A stretch of 64,000 bases of DNA from Nitrospirota bacterium (GTDB lineage: Bacteria > Nitrospirota > Nitrospiria > SBBL01 > JAADHI01): the NCBI GenBank assembly GCA_029261195.1, contig JAJDBU010000048.1:5814-69813 (forward strand), read 5' to 3'. The notes under the pieces are model-generated. The model worked only from the letters and a program-made list of their open reading frames with translations, ran no database searches and was not told the origin of the DNA. A program made the position numbers and the translations under genes. How positions within the stretch are numbered: position 1 is the first letter of the stretch; the number at the start of each line of letters is the position of its first letter. This document shows positions 26,681 through 35,149 of the stretch, piece by piece.

Positions 26681-28222
26681 ATGGATCGTTTCCTCTCGCC
26701 CGAACCTATAGTCCGCCTCGAAAAGGCCTTCCTCAATCCCTTTAAAAACTTTGTCGCGACGGCAAAGACCTGTTATTCGAGCAAGGGCATTGTCCGGGAT
26801 GAGGATGTGAAGGGCGGCTACAAACCGCTTGCTAAAAGTATCTATCAGGCCGGGCACCATACGACGCTTCAACATGCCCATTTCCAATTTTCGCTTCAGC
26901 ATGTCTCCCGCCAATTCATCTGGTCTTTTCTGCATAGTCATCCCTATTACAACTCCGAACAGGTCAGCCAGCGCTATGTCGCGATGAAACCGGAAGCCTT
27001 CGTCACCCCGCCTCTTTCGGAAAAAGCGCTCTCCATCTATAAGGTCGGCGTGCAGGCCCAGATGGCGGCCTATGAAAAGCTTAATGCCTTGTTGATGCCT
27101 CTTGTTGATGCGGAATACGCCCTACGCTTTCCACGAAAAAGACGGAATTTTGAGCGCGATGTGAAAAAAAAATCTCAGGAGATCGCCCGCTACGTCATTC
27201 CAATCGGGGCGACGGCCTATCTCTATCATACGATTTCCGGCATTACCCTGCTTCGTTATTACCGGCTTTGCCAACAGTTTGACAGCCCCTTGGAACAGCG
27301 GATCGTTGTTGAGAAGATGGTGGCTGCCCTCCTGGAGTTCGACCCTGAATATGAGACCATTCTGCAAGCCCCCCTGGAAATCGAATCAACACCCGAATAT
27401 GCTTTTTTTGCATCCCAGGCCAAAGAAACGACATCGAAGGAGCGTAATGATTTTCTCAGCGAGTTCGATTCAGATCTTGATGGACACAATTCAAAACTGG
27501 TTGACTACAAAATCAATCAGGAAAGTGTTTTGGCCGACGCAGTTCGAGAGGTCTTCGGACTGCCGCGAGCGGCGCTGGATAATCCTTCGGCCATTCGTCG
27601 AGTACTCGACCCGGCCCTAAACCCGCTTTTAGGGGAATCGCTCAATATAACGACCCTCTCAAAACTAAGCCGCACCCTCTTTCATCCTGCCTATACCTTC
27701 AAGAAAAAGCTCTCGCACACGGCAGACTCTCAAGATCAACGACACCGGATGACGCCCGGATCGCGTCCGGTTCTATCGGCCCATCTTAGTGATGAGCCGG
27801 ACTATGTGACACCGGAGTTGATTAAAACCGAGCCTGTTGCTGAGACTTATTATCAAGAAGTGATGACCCGTTCCTGGGAACGCTTTCAAGATCTGAAGCA
27901 ACTCGGTGTTCCTGTTGAATATGCCCTTTATCTGCTACCGAATGCCCTTTCGATTCGATTTACCGAGTCGGCCGATTTGCTGAATCTGCGTCATAAACAT
28001 GCCATGCGCCTGTGTTATAACGCACAGGAAGAGATATGGCGGGCATCTCTGGACGAAGCCAGTCAGATTACGACGGTCAATCCGCTGATTGGTCCCTACC
28101 TATTGCCACCTTGTACCTCTCGCGCAATGGCCAATATCCGCCCGGTCTGCCCTGAAGGAGAGCGTTACTGCGGAGTCAAGGTCTGGAAAATCGGCCTACC
28201 GGAATATACCCGTGTGATCTAG
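26681..28222 (+). CDS. Long-form ThyX (Thy1)-like protein
   Basis: 513 aa. GHHTTLQHAHFQF, an RHR motif (DSQDQRHRMTPGSR) and AMRLCYNAQEEIW resemble the FAD-dependent thymidylate synthase fold. However, the canonical RHRx7S spacing is not met. Confidence 0.5.
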   Translation: MDRFLSPEPIVRLEKAFLNPFKNFVATAKTCYSSKGIVRDEDVKGGYKPLAKSIYQAGHHTTLQHAHFQFSLQHVSRQFIWSFLHSHPYYNSEQVSQRYVAMKPEAFVTPPLSEKALSIYKVGVQAQMAAYEKLNALLMPLVDAEYALRFPRKRRNFERDVKKKSQEIARYVIPIGATAYLYHTISGITLLRYYRLCQQFDSPLEQRIVVEKMVAALLEFDPEYETILQAPLEIESTPEYAFFASQAKETTSKERNDFLSEFDSDLDGHNSKLVDYKINQESVLADAVREVFGLPRAALDNPSAIRRVLDPALNPLLGESLNITTLSKLSRTLFHPAYTFKKKLSHTADSQDQRHRMTPGSRPVLSAHLSDEPDYVTPELIKTEPVAETYYQEVMTRSWERFQDLKQLGVPVEYALYLLPNALSIRFTESADLLNLRHKHAMRLCYNAQEEIWRASLDEASQITTVNPLIGPYLLPPCTSRAMANIRPVCPEGERYCGVKVWKIGLPEYTRVI

Positions 28223-28384
28223 TCACTCATCTATCTGCGACACAGGCCGACTCGGGCAGAGACGCCCCATATTTTCCCGGCATAAAGCAATTGCAACTCA
28301 TTGTATAATCAAAATTTTGGGTCTATACTGAAGAGTTAGCTAAAAAATTTGAAGTCTGTTCAGCGAATCGATAAAGGAGGGATC

Positions 28385-29767
28385 ATGCTGAAGCGAATCA
28401 TACTACCACTGCTTACCATTGTTTTTCTGTTACAGGGGATGTCCACCGGGGTCAAAGCCGAAGCCGGCCCGGAAGCAGGTATTAATCTCATTGAACAAAT
28501 GCAATCGGCATTTATCCATATTGCTGAAAGTGTTGAATCTGCTGTTGTCAATATCTCACCCTCAACAACGGGTCCACCCCGACCGAGTCCACGACAGCGA
28601 CGCGGCGGGCCGAAAGATGCCCCGGCGGGTTCAGGTTCGGGTGTGATTATTGATGTTGAAGGGTATATCGTTACGAACAATCATGTGGTCGGTGATGCCT
28701 CTGTTGTCGAGGTACGACTTTCTGATAAGTCAAAGTTTAAAGGAACGGTCATCGGGAAAGACCCCGACACCGACCTGGCCCTGGTCAAAATTGAGCCGGA
28801 AGGGAAAGAACTCCACTCGGTGAAACTGGGCGATTCCTCAAAAGTAAAGGTTGGGCAATGGGCCATTGCTGTTGGAAACCCCTTCGGCCTTGACCGTACT
28901 GTCACTGTCGGCGTGATCAGTGCGCTGGGACGGGAAAACGTCAATCTTTCACGCTATGAAGATTTTATTCAGACCGATGCGGCGATTAACCCCGGCAATT
29001 CCGGAGGCCCGCTCTTTAACATCAGAGGAGAGGTCATCGGGATCAATACGGCCATCATCAATTTCGCGCAAGGCATCGGCTTCGCGATTCCCTCGAATAT
29101 GGTCCAGGCCATTTCAGGACAATTGAGGGAGAGGGGTCGCGTGAGTCGTGGCTGGCTCGGTGTCGGCATTCAGCCCTTGACCCTGGAGTTAGCTCAGAAA
29201 TTCGGAGTAGACGAAGGCTCCGGTGTCCTGATCAACGAAGTTTTTGAAGGCGACCCTGCCGATCTCGGCGGCATTCGACCGGGTGATATCATCCTGTCGG
29301 TTAATGACGAAAAGGTCGACACGCCGAACACCCTGGCACGTTTGGTCGCCGGATACTTTCCCGGCGAAACGATTCGGATCGATGTGCTGCGCGACGGCAA
29401 AAATGTCCTGATCAACGTTGACCTTGTCGAGCGAAAAGATGAAGTCGTTGCTTCAGCGCCGAAAATCAGAAAAAAATTCCTGGGCTTGAGCGTCGTCGAT
29501 GTGAGCAAAGAAATCGCCGAGAAATACAAGCTGAAGGAAGGCGACGAGGGAGTGGTGATTACCCAGGTGGATGAAGAATCCGTCTCTGCCTCTGAAGGGC
29601 TTAGGGAAGGCGATCTCATCAAGGAGGTCAATCGTCAGAAGATCAAGAATACGGAAGATTTCGGTAGTATCATGCGCGCCACAAAGAACACTGAAACAAT
29701 CCTGATGCGCGTTTCACGTGAAGGCCGCGCCTTCTTCATCGTATTGAAGCCTACGGCACAAGAATAG
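28385..29767 (+). CDS. htrA: HtrA/DegP-family periplasmic serine protease with two PDZ domains (track ORF starts at 28349)
   Basis: Catalytic triad context TNNHVV, DLALVKI and GNSGGPLFN. Signal peptide MLKRIILPLLTIVFLL. AAAGGAGG lies upstream of ATG 28385. Confidence 0.9.
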   Translation: MLKRIILPLLTIVFLLQGMSTGVKAEAGPEAGINLIEQMQSAFIHIAESVESAVVNISPSTTGPPRPSPRQRRGGPKDAPAGSGSGVIIDVEGYIVTNNHVVGDASVVEVRLSDKSKFKGTVIGKDPDTDLALVKIEPEGKELHSVKLGDSSKVKVGQWAIAVGNPFGLDRTVTVGVISALGRENVNLSRYEDFIQTDAAINPGNSGGPLFNIRGEVIGINTAIINFAQGIGFAIPSNMVQAISGQLRERGRVSRGWLGVGIQPLTLELAQKFGVDEGSGVLINEVFEGDPADLGGIRPGDIILSVNDEKVDTPNTLARLVAGYFPGETIRIDVLRDGKNVLINVDLVERKDEVVASAPKIRKKFLGLSVVDVSKEIAEKYKLKEGDEGVVITQVDEESVSASEGLREGDLIKEVNRQKIKNTEDFGSIMRATKNTETILMRVSREGRAFFIVLKPTAQE

Positions 29768-29790
29768 AGTCTTGTCACCCTGAACTAAAA

Positions 29791-29826
29791 AAGGCCCTTC
29801 CAGCTTACTGGAAGGGCCTTTTTTTT
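29791..29826 (+). terminator. Rho-independent terminator after htrA
   Basis: Perfect 13-bp stem AAGGCCCTTCCAG/CTGGAAGGGCCTT with a 4-nt loop, followed by a T8 run. Confidence 0.85.
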
Positions 29827-29865
29827 AAGAAAAGCAGGCAAGGTCACCCCCCCCAAACGAGGGGG

Positions 29866-29894
29866 TTGACCCCTCTCAGAGTCTAGGATATATT
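29866..29894 (+). promoter_or_regulatory. Near-consensus sigma70-type promoter (TTGACC, 17 nt spacer, TATATT)
   Basis: Read directly. No gene lies between it and the csgE-like GTG at 30563, which implies a leader of about 660 nt. Confidence 0.4.
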
Positions 29895-30186
29895 CCATTA
29901 CAGAATTGAGTCCGGGATGTAAACGGCATGGCCTCAAGCAGTCACCTGCTCCTGATCATTGCTTGTTTTATGTAAGTCAGGCGTCTTCCGTTTCCATTAC
30001 CGCTCATTTCTAAAAACCTCACATCATTGCTTAAAAGTCAGCTCTTCACTTAAATCGGTTTCCACCTTTTTAAGTGGTTTGAGCTTTCCATAAGGCAGCA
30101 TTAATTTTTCATAAAGATGGGGCTATTTCTCCCTTCGTTTTATATTGAGGGGAGGCTTAGTCATATCGAAAGTTATGTCTATAGAA

Positions 30187-30258
30187 ATAAGGGGTAAACA
30201 GGGCTAAGAAGAAATCGGGTTTATTGTGGGGGTGGGACTTGCCCCCAGCATTGCTCTG
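30187..30258 (+). repeat. Decayed duplicate of the csgF RBS, start and signal-peptide region
   Basis: About 80 percent identity by eye to 32148-32220. ATGATG is replaced by CTAAG, and there is a 1-nt deletion in the T run. Confidence 0.7.
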
Positions 30259-30562
30259 CGGTAAGTCTACTCCCCGCAGGGCTTATGACGAAAAAGGTGA
30301 GGCTGCTGTCCGCATGATTTGGAGATCCGGGGGACAGCAGCCTCTGCAAGGACACCAATGGACTTATTTCACTGGGACATTGCACTCTCAGGCTATCAAT
30401 TTATTTCAATCCCGTCAATTATAAGGAGGCAGGTTTGCGTCTCCAATACTCTTTATCCTGCATTCGAGATTTCTGCATTCGGGGCCTTGAGGTACTGCAA
30501 CCGGGTCGGAGGAAAAATCGTTTGACTTCTTTTGGATTGAGTGAGTTAAGGAGGATACGGAA

Positions 30563-31447
30563 GTGAACCCGATTAGATTTTGTTTGCCGCTGTTTGCTGT
30601 GTTGTTTTTCATGATGGCTTTGGTTTTACCCCTTGAGGCCTACAGCAGAGAAGTAAAAAATATGAGCGTAGAAGTCGGCGAAGGGGAAAGCGTCTGGGAC
30701 GCCACCCGGTCCCTTGCCCGCCGATTGTCGCTGAAAGACAGCACGTTTTTTAAGGCCTGGGATGAAAGCTATACAATTATCCGTGGTCACAAGGTGCCGA
30801 TCTACGAAATTGATTGGGTTGATGCCGGGACCAAGGTTTTTTGGAATGATGCGCAGCGTCTGTTTGAAGTAGATCTCATTGGTACCGGCACGATACGCGA
30901 TTTTCAGGCCTTCATTGCACAGAACAAAGATTCCTGGGGAAAAAATGGAGAGGAAGTCACTTTGGCGGCCATCTCTCCAGTGAAGCAAGAGAAAGGCGGA
31001 TCGGCGCCGCTGGAAAATGCAAAATCACCCATGCTTGCGACTGCCCCTAAACAAAGGAAAGACACAATTGCTTCAGAAAAAAAGGAAAATATTTTGCCTG
31101 CGCCACCTGCGCCCGGCCCGGCACATAAGAAAAATACCAGTCGCTTTTTGTTCGACCCCGATGTGGAGATTGGCGGTTTGATTCTCGACCAAACGCAGAC
31201 GTCCTTGGGGTATACCTTCTTTCAACATTTCACAAGCTATTGGCAGGGGGACGAGAACGATCCATTTGTCATCACTGTCATAGAGCAGTCGAGCGCCCGG
31301 GCCGGCGTTCGGGTTTTTGTTAAGGTCAATGAAGTCGTTGTTCATCACAGCTTTCTTCGCGCCAGGGGTCAAAACTTCGATGAGATTGCGAAACAGGGGG
31401 TCAACGACACCCAAAAATACATCAATGAAAGATGGAAGGGCACATGA
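30563..31447 (+). CDS. csgE: CsgE-like curli assembly/transport component with ~190-aa N-terminal extension
   Basis: The C-terminal ~100 aa (GGLILDQTQTSLGYTFFQHFTSYWQG...FVITVIEQSSARAGVRVFVKVNEVVVHHSFL) aligns by eye with E. coli CsgE. GTG start with AAGGAGG 8 nt upstream, and a signal peptide. Confidence 0.7.
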   Translation: MNPIRFCLPLFAVLFFMMALVLPLEAYSREVKNMSVEVGEGESVWDATRSLARRLSLKDSTFFKAWDESYTIIRGHKVPIYEIDWVDAGTKVFWNDAQRLFEVDLIGTGTIRDFQAFIAQNKDSWGKNGEEVTLAAISPVKQEKGGSAPLENAKSPMLATAPKQRKDTIASEKKENILPAPPAPGPAHKKNTSRFLFDPDVEIGGLILDQTQTSLGYTFFQHFTSYWQGDENDPFVITVIEQSSARAGVRVFVKVNEVVVHHSFLRARGQNFDEIAKQGVNDTQKYINERWKGT

Positions 31448-32124
31448 AGCATAAGGCGGCGTGTTTCGTAAATGAAGCCAATCAAATAACAAAAATCACG
31501 GCTGGATTATTTATCCTGACGGGCTTCGCCTTCTATTTACTGAACAGTCCCTCTGTCTCGGCAAAGGACGATTCACCTGTTGTGACGACCTCATCTCTTA
31601 TGGAAGATATTGATCGTAAGGAAAAGGATCTGGGTCGGGAGGAATTACTCAGTACCTCAGATTCAAACCGGCGGGATATTGATCCAAAAGAAAAGGATTT
31701 GGGCCGGGGAGAGCGTTTAAATACATCCGCAGCGCCCGCACAGGATATCGATCCAAACGAGAAAGATATGGGGCAGGGAGAACCTTTTATCCAGTCAAAT
31801 ACTTTTTTAGTCAATGATCGGGGTACGGACGACAAGACAGAGGAGGCTCAAGTGGGTGACGGTGAAATTCTGCTGGGAAAGGATTTTACGGATGCGATCA
31901 AGGGGAAAAAATTCTCTGAACAGTCTCTACTGAAGACGATCACATTGCAAAAAAATCCGCCCCTCAATGAGGATGAGATTCATTTCAAGAACAATCCGGG
32001 GCTCTTTGTTGAAGGGGAATTTCTGGAAGAGATCAATGCGGCAAAAAGCCCCGAACTCCCGGAAGCTGTCCCATCCGTGCAAGCACAGCGACCCGAGTTT
32101 GATCTTGTGCTACCTGAAAATTAG
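31444..32124 (+). CDS. Membrane-anchored/secreted acidic repeat protein (orfX) inside the curli operon
   Basis: The ATG overlaps the csgE stop (ATGA). Hydrophobic N-terminus, then three tandem DIDxKEKDLGxGE units. No family recognised. Confidence 0.55.
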   Translation: MKHKAACFVNEANQITKITAGLFILTGFAFYLLNSPSVSAKDDSPVVTTSSLMEDIDRKEKDLGREELLSTSDSNRRDIDPKEKDLGRGERLNTSAAPAQDIDPNEKDMGQGEPFIQSNTFLVNDRGTDDKTEEAQVGDGEILLGKDFTDAIKGKKFSEQSLLKTITLQKNPPLNEDEIHFKNNPGLFVEGEFLEEINAAKSPELPEAVPSVQAQRPEFDLVLPEN

Positions 32125-32163
32125 CTTCATCTGAAGCCATCATAAAGATAAGGAGTAAAAGGG

Positions 32164-32601
32164 ATGATGAAGAAATCGGGTTTTATTGTGGGGGCGGGAC
32201 TTGTCCTCGGCATTGCCCTGGGAGCAGGGCAAGCCACCGCATCCGAATTGGTCTTCGGGTTTGATAATCCCTCATTCGGGGGAAACCCGTTCATGGGACG
32301 GCACCTTCTGGATACCGCCAATTCTATCAACACGCATAAGGCGCCGACAAAACCTCCCGGCCTCGAAACCCCGGAACTGAGTGAGGCGGAACTGTTTTCG
32401 GAGAACCTGAGGCGGCAGGTGCTCAACCGCCTGGCAAGAACTATCGTCAATTCGGCCTTTGGTGAAACGGGTCTACAGCCAGGGGTGCACACCATCGGCG
32501 ACAATAGCATTGAGGTCATTGATGATGGACTGAATGTCACAGTCATTATTACCGACCTCGGGACCGGTGCTGCCACCACCGTTACGGTCCCTCGTTTTTA
32601 G
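32164..32601 (+). CDS. csgF: CsgF-like curli assembly component
   Basis: Signal peptide followed by SELVFGFDNPSFGGNPFMG, matching the conserved CsgF N-terminal motif (xLVYxPxNPxFGGNPxNG). AAGGAG RBS. Confidence 0.8.
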   Translation: MMKKSGFIVGAGLVLGIALGAGQATASELVFGFDNPSFGGNPFMGRHLLDTANSINTHKAPTKPPGLETPELSEAELFSENLRRQVLNRLARTIVNSAFGETGLQPGVHTIGDNSIEVIDDGLNVTVIITDLGTGAATTVTVPRF

Positions 32602-32636
32602 GACCCCGTCTACGATTAGATTAAGGAAATGATTGG

Positions 32637-33584
32637 ATGAACCCTATGAATTTTACGCTCAAAATGGTGGCAGGATTGATCTTGTTACTGAGCCTATCGG
32701 CTTGCGGTATTGGAAGAGGCATGATCAGAACCATGCCTGCAACGTCCGGAAAGGCATACCAAACAGAAACCCATCAGGCCCTGGTCGCTCTGCCGCCGCC
32801 CAAAAAGAAAATTGTCATCGCCGTCTACAAGTTTCGGGATCAAACCGGGCAATACAAACCGGTGGCAGCCGGATCGACCTTTTCAACCGCCGTCACCCAG
32901 GGGGCGACGACCATGTTGATGAAGGCCTTGGAGGATGCCGGGAAGGGCCGCTGGTTTACTACTCTTGAGCGAGAGAGCCTGCCGAACCTCTTAAATGAAC
33001 GGAAGATTATCCGTTCCACAAGAAGACAATACAAGGACCAGGGCGGCAATAAAAAGTTTAAAGCCCTCCCCTCCCTCCTTTATGCCCCGGTGATTTTAGA
33101 GGGCGGCATTATTGCCTATGAGACCAACCTGGTCACAGGCGGCTTTGGTGCCCGCTATCTGGGCGTCGGTGCCAACGCCCAGTACCGACGGGATGCCGTG
33201 ACCATTTTCCTGCGGCTCATCTCGGTGAAAAACGGCGAAGTACTCAAAACCGTTACCACGAGTAAAACCATTCTGTCGAGAGAATTGGACCTGGGCCTGT
33301 TTAAATTTGTGAGTTTTAAAAAATTGCTGGAGGTCGAAACCGGCTTCAGTGTAAATGAACCGACCCAGATGGCAGTCTTAGAAGCCATCGAAAAGGCCGT
33401 TCATAGCCTGATTATCGAGGGAGCGGCAAATGAAATCTGGAACTTTGAGTCTCCCCTTGCAGGCCGGAAATTGATTGAGCAATATTATGTGGAAAGCCCG
33501 GTTCCGGTAAAAGTAACGGAAGACAAGGGATTCGGGATAAGAATACTGGACAAAAAAAAGAAAACGAATAACCAACAGGGATAG
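32637..33584 (+). CDS. csgG: CsgG curli secretion channel lipoprotein
   Basis: Lipobox LSLSAC, plus IAVYKFRDQTGQYKP...STAVTQGATTMLMKALEDAG...LERESLPNLLNERKIIRS. Confidence 0.9.
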   Translation: MNPMNFTLKMVAGLILLLSLSACGIGRGMIRTMPATSGKAYQTETHQALVALPPPKKKIVIAVYKFRDQTGQYKPVAAGSTFSTAVTQGATTMLMKALEDAGKGRWFTTLERESLPNLLNERKIIRSTRRQYKDQGGNKKFKALPSLLYAPVILEGGIIAYETNLVTGGFGARYLGVGANAQYRRDAVTIFLRLISVKNGEVLKTVTTSKTILSRELDLGLFKFVSFKKLLEVETGFSVNEPTQMAVLEAIEKAVHSLIIEGAANEIWNFESPLAGRKLIEQYYVESPVPVKVTEDKGFGIRILDKKKKTNNQQG

Positions 33585-33639
33585 AAGCTTTCTGCCCCTG
33601 AGGGAAAATGAAACAAGGCCAAAAAATAGGGGAGAAAAA

Positions 33640-34086
33640 ATGCTTAAGTTGCTGATTGTGATAGGACTAATTGGATCGCTCTATCGCCCGGGTTTTACAG
33701 AAAACCGAATCGATATCGAACAGGTGGGAGACATCAACACTGCGACCACCTCTCAGGTGGGCGATGACAATCTGATCGCCGGCGCCACAAGCGGCGGCGC
33801 CATCAATCCGGCGATTGCGGCCTTGCAGGACAGTTCAAGTTCGGGAGGTGCCAATACCCTCATCGTCAGGCAGACCGGGGATGGCAATGAACTGGGTGTG
33901 TACCAAAAAGGAAACGAAACCTTGCTTGATGTCACACAGAGTGGCGGGAGCGAACTGGGAATCCATGTAGATGTCGGGGGCGCAAATAAAATTACCGTCA
34001 CCCAGACAGGCGGTGCAACTGCAATCATCAAGCATGGCCCGGATGCGGGAGGCAGCTTGACCTGCCCCGGCGATCCCCCGTGTTGA
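33640..34086 (+). CDS. Curlin-repeat protein 1 (CsgA/B-like)
   Basis: Repeated xQxGxxNxxxxxQ units (IEQVGDINTATTSQVGDDN, VRQTGDGNELGVYQKGNETLLDVTQSGG, VTQTGGA). Ends in CPGDPPC. Confidence 0.7.
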   Translation: MLKLLIVIGLIGSLYRPGFTENRIDIEQVGDINTATTSQVGDDNLIAGATSGGAINPAIAALQDSSSSGGANTLIVRQTGDGNELGVYQKGNETLLDVTQSGGSELGIHVDVGGANKITVTQTGGATAIIKHGPDAGGSLTCPGDPPC

Positions 34087-34358
34087 GGCAAAAGGGAACG
34101 AGTTCGAATTGAAGGGACATCCAGAGACAAGACTTAAAGAAGAGAATGCGGGTATTGCGTGTCGATACTTGCAGAACAGTTCGATAGCGGGAGCATAGTG
34201 CGCCCCTATCGAAAACGGTCCCGATTGGCGGGATCGAAACGAAGCTGGCTGTTGAGCTCGTGAGCATCGCAGGAACAGGGCGTTCCAAGCGAAGCACTCA
34301 ACAGCCAGCCATAAGCTCACTAATTGGTGAGCTTATCAATATTAAATGGAGAAAATCA

Positions 34359-35021
34359 ATGAAAAGCATGTTAAAAGTACTTGGAATGTTTGTTGCTACC
34401 TTTTTCATGGCAAATGTTGTGTTGGCTGGCAACACTGCTGATATCACGCAGATCGGTGACGACAACGATTCTGTCACTTCCCAGACGGGAGATGGCAATG
34501 ATATTGATGTGGCACAAGATTCGTCGCTAGCAAGCTCTAGTGGTGTAAATGACAGCAAGGTTATACAGAACGGTGACAGTAATATTGTGAATGTTTCGCA
34601 AGATTCAGATGGAACAGGCGGGACTGTCACTAACACGGTCGACATTAACCAAGATGGTGACAGTAACAAAGTAAGGGGCGCTAGTGCTACTGTTGGCATT
34701 GCGTCAATAATTACTGGTGCCGCACCTTCAGTTGCCACCCAAAAATCGAAAGTAGGCGACAATAAGTTGGTTGTCGACCAAGATAGCGGCACTAATGATA
34801 TCGGTCTGTATCAAGACAGTTCTGCCGCTGGTGGGGCAAACACAGCCGACTTCGTCCAAGATGGTGGCGATACGGTAGCGACTTACCAGGCGACGACCGG
34901 CAGTGGTGCATCAATCAAAAATGATGTTGACGTTGACCAGACTGGAGCTTCCGCCAACGACGCCACCAATTTCCAGAGCGGTGCGGGAAGCAATAGCTTC
35001 ACACTCGTGCAGCACCCCTAA
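34359..35021 (+). CDS. Curlin-repeat protein 2 (track ORF starts at 34260)
   Basis: Signal peptide MKSMLKVLGMFVATFFMANVVLAG, then ITQIGDDNDSVTSQTGDGNDIDVAQ-type repeats. GGAG lies upstream of ATG 34359. Confidence 0.75.
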   Translation: MKSMLKVLGMFVATFFMANVVLAGNTADITQIGDDNDSVTSQTGDGNDIDVAQDSSLASSSGVNDSKVIQNGDSNIVNVSQDSDGTGGTVTNTVDINQDGDSNKVRGASATVGIASIITGAAPSVATQKSKVGDNKLVVDQDSGTNDIGLYQDSSAAGGANTADFVQDGGDTVATYQATTGSGASIKNDVDVDQTGASANDATNFQSGAGSNSFTLVQHP

Positions 35022-35080
35022 ACCTACACCTCAGGTGCTGTAAACTGTTCCTGAACCGGCCTCGAACCGGGGCATAAAAA

Positions 35081-35128
35081 GGCGTGGAGCAGGCGGCGTA
35101 AGCCGTTCCGCTCCACGCCTTTTCTTTT
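35081..35128 (+). terminator. Rho-independent terminator after curlin 2
   Basis: 10-bp stem GGCGTGGAGC/GCTCCACGCC with a 19-nt loop, followed by TTTTCTTTT. Confidence 0.7.
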
Positions 35129-35149
35129 AAGCACTCTGGAGAAGGAACG

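Noticed and set aside
28360-29631. Long antisense ORFs inside htrA, and similar ones inside the curlin genes (33753-34320, 34298-34792, 35336-36472)
   Set aside because: They are shadow frames of Gly/Ser/Thr/Asn-rich repetitive coding sequence with few stop codons on the opposite strand. They have no motifs or RBSs.
30224-30424. 66-aa ORF in the csgE leader (MWGWDLPPALLCGK...)
   Set aside because: It arises from the out-of-frame decayed copy of the csgF 5' region. The same out-of-frame peptide start appears at 32186 inside csgF. It has no RBS.
34087-34358. c-di-GMP riboswitch upstream of curlin 2
   Set aside because: I could not recognise GEMM-I or GEMM-II consensus elements by eye. I kept the region only as an unclassified structured RNA candidate.
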